Shown here one piece after another: positions 54,146-64,000 of a DNA stretch of 64,000 nt; within the stretch, counting starts at the first letter, position 1; each line of letters starts with the position of its first letter. Both the position numbers and the translations under genes were made by a program. Below the pieces are notes generated by a model, which ran no database searches, was not told the DNA's origin, and saw only the letters and a list, made by a program, of their open reading frames with translations. The stretch is from Macrostomum lignano (Eukaryota), in the NCBI GenBank assembly GCA_002269645.1, contig NIVC01000897.1, forward strand, positions 310,001 through 374,000, written 5' to 3'.

Positions 54146-54740
54146 AATGTGCGCCAGGGTTCACACAGAGTTCACACAGAACTCAAGTCTTGCAGTTTAG
54201 TATGAATCTAATATGGGAGGCAGAGTGCCAATGGACTCTTAAATCCTATTCTAAATCACTATATTGGTGAAGCTTTTGTTTGGAAAAAATCATTGTTTGA
54301 ACATTAGAGACGATTCTGGCTCTCAGCGGGCGGCCTCCTCCGAGCCATGCGCGGCACAATGGGATCTTCGCTTCGTTGGGCTCTAAATTATATTTTATTT
54401 AATGATTGCCGCAACCCCCTAAACATCTCCGAAGAGAAGTCTGCGAGTTGGAGGGTCGAGCAGCAGGAGCGACTCGCTCGGACTCAACCGATGCGGAACA
54501 ACTGCCGACAATTGCTGACAAAGCTGATGAGATCTCCTGCGTTTGTTCCGGGCGCGTGACTTTCAACTTGTCCGATTTTCCCCGATCTGTCTTGAGTATA
54601 GCCTCAATGTGCTATACTCAAGGCGGGTCTTGGAGAACTCGGCGCTGCGGGGGGGGTGGCTGGAAAACCGCCTGCGGTGCTTTGGGAAGGGCTTCTACTG
54701 GGACTGTTTGCCATCGCTGTCATAATAGTGGTTGTCTGAT

Positions 54741-55342
<602 letters not shown>

Positions 55343-56044
55343 TTTTAGATACTACCAGTCCGCTTCTATACTTAGTCTCTTAAATTATCTGTTTTCGCAA
55401 CAAGCACAAATTAATTTCAAAACTTTCACTGCCATTCTTCAACGCGACAGCTCCCCGCTAAATGAAATGATGCAACAGTCTAAAATGGACGCCCTCGCCA
55501 ACACAGGCCGCTGCGGGTAAAAAGCGCTAGCTGGCTCGCCTCTGTTGCTGTGAGGGGCTGCAATGTTCTCGCATTTCCCCTCAAGGAAGGCGGCTCCAAA
55601 GAGCACTGCCGCAATAATTGCGCCCGAGTCGATCTGATCCGCAACATCTCCGCTCCCTACCTCTCCGCTCTTCATCTTCCCATTTCCAGCGCGCGACATC
55701 CCGCAGCGCGGTGGGCGGGGTGGCTTGATCATGCAGTTCCAAGTCGGATCGCATTATTTGTATTTGCTTTGATTAGGATTGCTATCATTGAACATTTCCT
55801 GTGTTGCCGGGTGCACTTACCCTACAAATTGAAAATGCTTAGAGACCAATCGACCTCTAATGATGGGGCTTAACTTTGCATTAAAACAGCTCTCAAATGC
55901 CACATTTACTACTCAGGAGTGCCTCGCCAGTAGTAAATGTATTCAATATACGAACGAAAGCAAAACTAATTAGACTTAACCGTTGTTAAGTGTACCTGCT
56001 TTAGCATGGACAATTAAAGTAGAAGCATGCTCAACTCACTGCCT

Positions 56045-57900
56045 CGTGTCTGTCCTAGTGTCTGTCCTCGTGTCTGTCCTAGTGTCTGTCCTAGTGTCTG
56101 TCCTAGTGTCTGTCCTAGTGTCTGTCCTAGTGTCTGTCCTAGTGTCTGTCCTCGTGTCTGTCCTAGTGTCTGTCCTAGTGTCTGTCCTAGTGTCTGTCCT
56201 AGTGTCTGTCCTAGTGTCTGTCCTAGTGTCTGTCCTAGTGTCTGTCCTAGTGTCTGTCCTAGTGTCTGTCCTAGTGTCTGTCCTAGTGTCTGTCCTAGTG
56301 TCTGTCCTCGTGTCTGTCCTAGTGTCTGTCCTCGTGTCTGTCCTAGTGTCTGTCCTAGTGTCTGTCCTAGTGTCTGTCCTAGTGTCTGTCCTAGTGTCTG
56401 TCCTAGTGTCTGTCCTAGTGTCTGTCCTAGTGTCTGTCCTAGTGTCTGTCCTAGTGTCTGTCCTAGTGTCTGTCCTAGTGTCTGTCCTAGTGTCTGTCCT
56501 AGTGTCTGTCCTCGTGTCTGTCCTAGTGTCTGTCCTCGTGTCTGTCCTAGTGTCTGTCCTAGTGTCTGTCCTAGTGTCTGTCCTAGTGTCTGTCCTAGTG
56601 TCTGTCCTAGTGTCTGTCCTAGTGTCTGTCCTAGTGTCTGTCCTCGTGTCTGTCCTAGTGTCTGTCCTCGTGTCTGTCCTAGTGTCTGTCCTAGTGTCTG
56701 TCCTAGTGTCTGTCCTAGTGTCTGTCCTCGTGTCTGTCCTAGTGTCTGTCCTCGTGTCTGTCCTAGTGTCTGTCCTAGTGTCTGTCCTAGTGTCTGTCCT
56801 AGTGTCTGTCCTCGTGTCTGTCCTAGTGTCTGTCCTAGTGTCTGTCCTAGTGTCTGTCCTCGTGTCTGTCCTAGTGTCTGTCCTAGTGTCTGTCCTCGTG
56901 TCTGTCCTAGTGTTTGTCCTCGTGTCTGTCCTAGTGTCTGTCCTAGTGTCTGTCCTCGTGTCTGTCCTAGTGTCTGTCCTAGTGTCTGTCCTAGTGTTTG
57001 TCCTAGTGTCTGTCCTAGTGTCTGTCCTAGTGTCTGTCCTAGTGTTTGTCCTAGTGTCTGTCCTAGTGTCTGTCCTAGTGTCTGTCCTAGTGTCTGTCCT
57101 CGTGTCTGTCCTAGTGTCTGTCCTAGTGTCTGTCCTCGTGTCTGTCCTAGTGTTTGTCCTAGTGTCTGTCCTCGTGTCTGTCCTAGTGTCTGTCTTAGTG
57201 TCTGTACTGGTGTCTGTCCTAGTGTCTGTCTCAGTGTCTGCCTCAGTGTCTGTCTCAGTATCTGCCTTAGTGTATGTCTTAGTGTCTGTCCTAGTGTCTG
57301 TCCTCGTGTCTGTCCTAGTGTCTGTCCTCGTGTCTGTCCTAGTGTCTGTCCTAGTGTCTGTCCTCGTGTCTGTCCTAGTGTTTGTCCTAGTGTCTGTCCT
57401 CGTGTCTGTCCTAGTGTCTGTCTTAGTGTCTGTACTGGTGTCTGTCCTAGTGTCTGTCTCAGTGTCTGCCTCAGTGTCTGTCTCAGTATCTGCCTTAGTG
57501 TTTGTCCTAGTGTCTGTCCTAGTGTTTGTCCTAGTGTCTGTCCTAGTGTCTGTCCTAGTGTCTGTCCTCGTGTCTGTCCTAGTGTCTGTCCTAGTGTCTG
57601 TCCTAGTGTTTGTCCTAGTGTCTGTCCTAGTGTCTGTCCTAGTGTCTGTCCTAGTGTCTGTCCTAGTGTCTGTCCTAGTGTCTGTCCTAGTGTCTGTCCT
57701 AGTGTCTGTCCTCGTGTCTGTCCTAGTGTCTGTCCTAGTGTCTGTCCTCGTGTCTGTCCTAGTGTTTGTCCTAGTGTCTGTCCTCGTGTCTGTCCTAGTG
57801 TCTGTCTTAGTGTCTGTACTGGTGTCTGTCCTAGTGTCTGTCTCAGTGTCTGCCTCAGTGTCTGTCTCAGTATCTGCCTTAGTGTATGTCTTAGTGTCTA
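56045..57900. repeat. 12-bp tandem array (TGTCTGTCCTAG) with higher-order variant blocks
   Basis: Read directly. Confidence 0.97.
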
Positions 57901-57915
57901 TATTTATGTCCGCCT

Positions 57916-60900
57916 TGTAGTGTGCGTACGCACAGTATGGTACGCCCGGGCAGTCTGATTGGCTGCGGAGTGGGGTGGGTGCCGCCACCCCAATTCTAAC
58001 TCCATAATATATAGACTCGTGCCCAGCGCGGCAAGATTTGTAAGAGTTTGGCTACACAGCAAACACGGCCTCTGACTAAGTTACTACAATGGCGTCGCAA
58101 GAACTGAACCTTTAAAAATCATGACTCAGCAAATTTCACTCGCGCCACCCGGGCCGTTTACAATCGATAGCGACTGCCACTCCACAGCACAGCGCTGGAC
58201 TGCATGGACTCGTCGCTTCGCCACGTACATCAATGCAGCTGGAATCACCGACAAGACTCGAGGGCAGCAGCTGCTGCTGTACGCCGCAGGAGAGGAGCTG
58301 CAGGCTGTAGTCGAAGAGAACGAGATCGCCTCTGGAGAGGACTACAGCAGCCTCGCGAAAAACATCCAGACGTTCTGGGACGGGAAGAATAACATTGTGT
58401 TCCTGCGTTTCAAGTTTGAGACCTGCAGACAGCAGCCTGGCGAGCAGATCGACCAGTGGTATCAGCGTCTGCGCAAGGCGGCGGAGCCGTGTGAGTTCGG
58501 GACCCTCAGAGACTCGCTGATCCGTGACAAAATCGTCGCCTACTGCGAATCTGAGAGACTCAGGAGAGACTTCTTGCAGACCAACAATATCTCCCTGGCA
58601 GATGTGCTCAAAAAGGCGAGGGCGAAAGAAGCCGCGGAGCAGCAGGCCACCGTGATGGAGAGCGACAGACCAGGGGAACCGCAGCAGCTCGCAGCAGTCA
58701 GAAGAGACCAGAAGCCACAGATGCCGCAGACACCAACGCAGCACGTATCGTGCGATCGCTGCGGCAGGCCAGGGCACCCCACGTGCACCGCAGCGCAGGG
58801 CAAGAGCTGCAGAAAGTGCGGGAAGCCGGGCCACTTCGCGCGAGCCTGCAGGTCCAAGCAGGGCGCCCCGCAGAGCGGCGCCGACGCCGTCGCAACGCTG
58901 CAAGGCGAGACCAGCTACCAGAAGGTGGACCACCCGGACTCCGGCGTGTTCGAGGTCGATCAGGGTGAGCAGTCGGCCCACACAATAGCCGAGATCAACG
59001 GCTCCAGACTGTCGGTGTTGATTGACAGCGGTGCGGCTCGAAATGTGATCAACCGGGCCACGTTCGAGAGCCTGAGACAGCGGCCGCACCTGCAGACCAC
59101 CTCGGACAGGCTGTTCGCGTACGGGTCGGACAGGCCGATGCAGCTGCTGGGCAAGGCGGCGATGGACGTCCGCATTTTCGGCCGGCAGGCAGTCGCCACG
59201 TTCCACGTCGTCGAAGGGAGAGGCATCACCATCATCGGCAGGCAGACGGCCACTCAGATGGACATCCTGCGGGTCGGGCCACCACCGACAGCCGGACAGC
59301 GGGTGCTGCAGGTCGCTGAAGCGGAGGCGGCGGTCGATGGCCTTCTCAGCGGCACGAGATCCAGCGGAGTGCCTCAAGGACACGTCGAGGACATCGGCAG
59401 GGTGCTGCGCAAGCACGCCAGCGTGTTCAGCGGAATCGGCTGCTTCACCGGGCCGCCTGCCGACATCCACCTCACCGACAGCGCCCGCCCGGTCTGCCAT
59501 GCGCCTTCGAAGGTGCCGATCCACCTGGCAGACGCGGTGGACAAGGAACTGCAGTTGTTAGAGCAGCTCGGGATCATTGAGCCCGTCGACGGCCCGGCGC
59601 CGTGGGTCGCGCGGATGGTCGTCGTGCCCAAGAAGGAGCCGGGCGAGGTGCGCATCACGCAGGACCTCCGCGATGTCAACCGCTTTGTCATCCGCGAGCG
59701 ACACCAGATTCCGACTTTCGAGGAGGTGACCGGGGACATGGCCGGCAGCACAGTGTTCTCAGAGCTGGACATCGCGAAGGCGTTCTACCAGGTGCCTGTC
59801 GCCGAGAAATGCCGCAACCTGCTAACATTCTCGACGCCTCGCGGGCTTCGCCGTCTCACCCGGCTGTGCATGGGCCTGTCCACCTCCCAGGAGATCCTGC
59901 AGAATGTGATGAGTCGAGTGCTGGCAGGCCTGCCCAACGTCAAATGGATCCACGACGACGTGGTCGTGTTCGGCCGCACGATGGCGGAGCACAACAGCAG
60001 CCTCGAGGCATGTCTGGCCCGCCTGGCGCAGCATGGCATCACGCTGAACGCTCGGAAATGCCGACTGGCGCGCAGCAGCATCGAGTTCATGGAATGCGGC
60101 TCACGGCGGAAGGGGTCCAGGCCACGGAGAGCAAGGTCGCCGCCGTTCAAGACTTCAAGGAGCCCGAGTCGATTGGGCAGCTTCGCTCATTCCTGGGCCT
60201 CGTGAACTACCTCGCCGTGTTCACGCCACAGCTGGCCAAGGTGGCGGAGCCGCTGCGGCGCCTGACCAGGAAGACCGTCGACTGGCAATGGGGCGCCGAC
60301 CAGGCCAGCGCCTTTGAGCAGCTGAAGCGCAGCATCGCGGAGCCGACAACGCTGGCTTTTTACGACAAGCGGCTACACACGCAGCTGATTGTGGACGCGG
60401 GGCCGACCGGACTGGGCGCCATCCTGGCGCAGGTGCAGCGCGACGGCAGCTCGAGGCCGGTCGCATACGCCAGCCGGACCCTCTCCGATGTCGAGCGGCG
60501 ATATTCGCAGACCGAGAAAGAGGCACTCGCCGTGAAGTTCGGCTGCCTGAAGTTTGAGTACTACCTGCATGGATCGCCCCAGTTCACAGTGGTCTCTGAT
60601 CACAAGCCGCTGACGGCCATGTTCGCGCCTGGGTCGCGGCCGCCTCCACGAGTCGAGCGAATGGCGCTCAGGATCCAGCACCTAGTGTTCAAGGTCGAGT
60701 ACCAGCCGGGAGCCTCCAATGCTGCAGATGTACTCAGCAGGCAGCCCCTAAGCGAGCACGACGGAAGTTTTGGCGAGCAGCGGAGGGAGGCCTACATCAA
60801 CGAGGTGGCGCAGGCGGCTGTGCCGATGGCGCTGACACTCCAAGACATACGCAAGAGCTCTGCCAGCGACCCAGTCATCCGGGCGGCGATAGCGGCGACG

Positions 60901-62522
60901 CAAGGCGGTCGGTGGGATCGCTCCAACCCCGAGATGCGCTCGCTCCACGCGCTGCGAGAGGAGCTGTCTGCGGTTGACGGGGTCCTCCTTCGACACCACC
61001 GAATCGTCGTGCCAGCTGATCTGCGGCAGCAGATGCTCGAATTAGCGCATCAAGGACACCAGTGCTCGCAGAAGACGATCGCCAGACTCTGCACGAAGGT
61101 CTGGTGGCCGAGGATGGCAACTCAAGCGGAGGAATTCGTCAGTCGATGCCGCAGCTGCGCCGTCACGTCGCACACGCCAGCCGTCCGGGCCACGCCTCTG
61201 CAGCCGACGCCGATCCCCGCGGGCGCCTGGCTGTCGATCGGCGCCGATTTCGTGGGACCCATCAACAACAACATGCTGCTGGTGTGCGTGGACCGCTACT
61301 CAAGGTTTCCGGAGGTGCAGCTCATGCAGACGACGACGGCCGAGGCACTGATTCCCCGCCTGCGAGAGATGTTCGCCCGCTTCGGGATCCCACAGGAGCT
61401 CGTGACAGATAATGGACCACCTTTCTCGTCCAAGGAGTTCGGCCGGTTCCTGGCGAGCTACGGGATCAAGCACCGCCTCATCACGCCCTACTACCCAGCG
61501 GCCAACGGCATGACAGAGCGACTGAACCGCTCCATCAACAAAGTCGTGCGAGCAGCCATCGAGGAGCGGCGGGACTGGAGGGCCGCTCTGGACGAGTGGC
61601 TGCTGGCCTACAGGAACACGCCGCATACGGCCACCGGGCGCGCACCAGCCGAACTGCTGATGGGCCGGCGGCCAAACGACATCATCCCCGCCGCCCGGCC
61701 GTCCCAGCGAGTCCGCATCAACGAGCAGCGGCTGAGAGAAGCCGACGCTGGCGCCAAGGCGGCGATGAAGCAGCACGCGGACGCAAAAAGGCGACCACGG
61801 AGGCACGACGTCCAGGTCGGCGACTCGGTGCTACGACGGCGGGTCGGTGCCAGCAAGACGCAGACGCCATTCGAGAGCGGTGCCTGGACAGTCCAGCGGG
61901 TGGCCGGCAACTCGCTGCTGCTACGCCGGGACGGCACGACCTGCTGGCGGCACTGCACGGCGGTCAAAGTCGTCAGCCCCGACTTGGCCGACGCCGGCGC
62001 CCAGACGCAGACCGCTGCACCGAGAGCTTCGGGCGAGGCGGCCCGAGATCCACCCGCCTCCCCCGTGGCGCTGCGCCCGCACCCCCGCGCTGCTCGGGCG
62101 GGCGTGAAAATCTACAAGGACTGAATTTGAAATCCTGCGATGACTGAAATTAACTGACTTTCTTTTCCGTAATATGCGGACTGAAGTTTTTTTACGTTTT
62201 TGCTGCATTCAATTCAAATATTTTATTTCCTTAATATTTTAATCTCCATTTTCAATGCGCATCATCGGTGAATCTTTCGAACTTTGTATTTTCGAGTTAC
62301 GTTTAAATCGATTTTCTTCTCTCTCAGTCTCTATTCGAAAGGGGAGAGATGTAGTGTGCGTACGCACAGTATGGTACGCCCGGGCAGTCTGATTGGCTGC
62401 GGAGTGGGGTGGGTGCCGCCACCCCAATTCTAACTCCATAATATATAGACTCGTGCCCAGCGCGGCAAGATTTGTAAGAGTTTGGCTACACAGCAAACAC
62501 GGCCTCTGACTCAGTTACTACA
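57916..62522 (+). mobile_element. Young full-length Ty3/Gypsy LTR retrotransposon (Mag/K02A2.6-like)
   Basis: 173-bp LTRs at 57916-58088 and 62350-62522 (TGTAGT...ACTACA, one mismatch seen); 5-bp TSD CGCCT; PBS-like tggcgtcgcaag at 58090; PPT aaaggggagaga at 62338-62349. Confidence 0.97.
58121..62124 (+). CDS. Gag-Pol polyprotein (gag, 2 CCHC knuckles, protease, RT, RNase H, integrase) with one apparent 1-nt frameshift at ~60091
   Basis: CDRCGRPGH and CRKCGKPGHFARAC; LIDSGA; ELDIAKAFYQV and WIHDDV; IVDAGPTGLGA, YASRTL, YSQTEKEALA, SDHKPL; HQGH..CRSC; DFVGP, VTDNGPPF, PYYPAANGMTER. Restoring one G (ttc atg gga atg) fuses the two ORFs. Confidence 0.92.
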
Positions 62523-62526
62523 CGCC

Positions 62527-63143
62527 TTAGTGTCTGTCTCTATTAGTTCTTAGTGTCTGTCTCTATTAGTTCTTAGTGTCTGTCTCTATTAGTTCTTAGT
62601 GTCTGTCTCTATTAGTTCTTAGTGTCTGTCTCTATTAGTTCTTAGTGTCTGTCTCTATTAGTTCTTAGTTTCTGTCTCTATTAGTTCTTAGTTTCTGTCT
62701 CTATTAGTTCTTAGTTTCTGTCTCTATTAGTTCTTAGTGTCTGTCTCTATTAGTTCTTAGTGTCTGTCTCAGTGTCTCTATTAGTATCTGTGTCTGTCTT
62801 AGTGTCTGTCATAGTGTCTGTCTCAGTGTCTGCCTTAGTGTCTGTCCTCGTGTCTGTCTCAGTGTCTGTCTTAGTATCTATCTTAGTGTCTGACTTAGTG
62901 TCTGCTTTAGCGGTATTAGTGTCTGTCCTACAAGCAATTAGTGTCTGTCCTACAAGCAATTAGTGTCTGTCCTACAAGCAATTAGTGTCTGTCCTTCAAG
63001 CAATTAGTGTCTGTCCTACAAGCAATTAGTGTCTGTCCTACAAGCAATTAGTGTCTGTCCTTCAAGCAATTAGTGTCTGTCCTACAAGCAATTAGTGTCT
63101 GTCCTACAAGCAATTAGTGTCTGTCCTACAAGCAATTAGTGTC
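62527..63143. repeat. Related TAGTGTCTGTC-core arrays: 23-bp (62527-62770), degenerate 12-bp, 22-bp (62915-63143)
   Basis: Units TAGTGTCTGTCTCTATTAGTTCT and CAAGCAATTAGTGTCTGTCCTA read directly. Confidence 0.9.
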
Positions 63144-64000
63144 ATACTTTTACCGCAGACAAACTAGGCCAAGGAAATTCAGTACAGAAGCACAAAAACA
63201 GAGTCAGGAGCAGCGGTAGCAGTTGAAAAACTTTTGGTTGAAAAACTTCCTATAACCAACCCTCGAACAAAACGCACGATTTCACTTCATTCGCTATTTG
63301 GGAGTCCAGAAGAAGGCGAGGTTGTCAATATAGTGCTAAAAGACTGAAAATCTCCTATATCGCCAATGCAGTTTGCAACGTAAGCACGCGTCCCTCTGTC
63401 TCGTTTAGGAAAAAGGCCTCTCCGAAATCTCCCAAGCTGCACTTTTTGGATCCGTGGAATTCCTCGATGGGCAACAGACACCACGGGAGGCCAGCTTTCC
63501 GAATGGATGAAAGCAGCAGACAGCGGGGACAGCAGCAGCGTCCTGCATCTGTTGCGGCTAACCAAACTGCGCAGACTCTTAGAAGAGGGGGGGAGTTATC
63601 CATAGCTTATCCAGGTTCCCTTGTTTCTTTTCTTTCTCTTTTTGCCTCGCATTACCCCCTCCCCCCTCCCCAATTTTCCAAGCAGCTGGTGCAGCAGACG
63701 CTCTGGAGGATGCACGGAGCGCGTCAGTTAAGGCGAACGCGTACTTGAGCTTGGGGGGGAGGCGGCGATGGACAGACAGGAAGCCAGGCCAGGCTGGCAC
63801 AGTACTGCGCACTGAAGTGTCAAGATAGGGAAAATGAAGCTAGCTATGGGAGAGGCATTTTGTATTGAAGGGTGCGCAAGCATTGGGAAGAGGCGAACAG
63901 GCAGGACAGAGCCCTCTAATTGACCAGTCACTGTACACACATGGCAGGCTCGTGCTGGATTGGCCGTTAGCTGGAACAGGACAGTGTACTCTGGGGGAAG

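Noticed and set aside
55983-57988. Three ~645-aa ORFs (VSVL, CPSV, TDTR repeats)
   Set aside because: Translations of a 12-bp satellite with no stops in those frames; starts are TTG/GTG or incidental.
58136-59524. 462-aa antisense ORF over gag-pol (likewise 5263-5829 over PPIL6)
   Set aside because: Shadow ORFs expected from GC3-rich coding on the opposite strand.

Overview
Eukaryotic, repeat-saturated genomic DNA with spliced genes, most likely the free-living flatworm Macrostomum lignano or a relative. That attribution is inferred from the dense mini/microsatellites, AT-rich introns and GC-rich exons, and is not verified. Four genes have complete GT-AG models: a PPIL6-like cyclophilin (-), synaptogyrin (+), a secreted EGF-motif ligand with no transmembrane domain (+) and FoxG (-). 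A fifth, partly resolved gene (-) encodes an unrecognised coiled-coil single-pass membrane protein. Two full-length Ty3/Gypsy LTR retrotransposons are present. The old one (22437-28791) has lost RT and carries a decayed extra ORF that runs into its 3' LTR. The young one (57916-62522) has one LTR mismatch and one frameshift and sits inside a satellite. The window also holds two Tc1/IS630-like transposase remnants, a CORE-type SINE, a three-copy tRNA-SINE-like family, nested inverted repeats built on CCATAGAC, and about 24 tandem arrays. Most very long ORFs in the track are satellite artefacts. No CRISPR, rRNA or intact tRNA gene was found. The strongest novelty candidates are the EGF-ligand precursor architecture, the LTR-overlapping extra ORF and the CCATAGAC foldback/satellite-seeding cluster.
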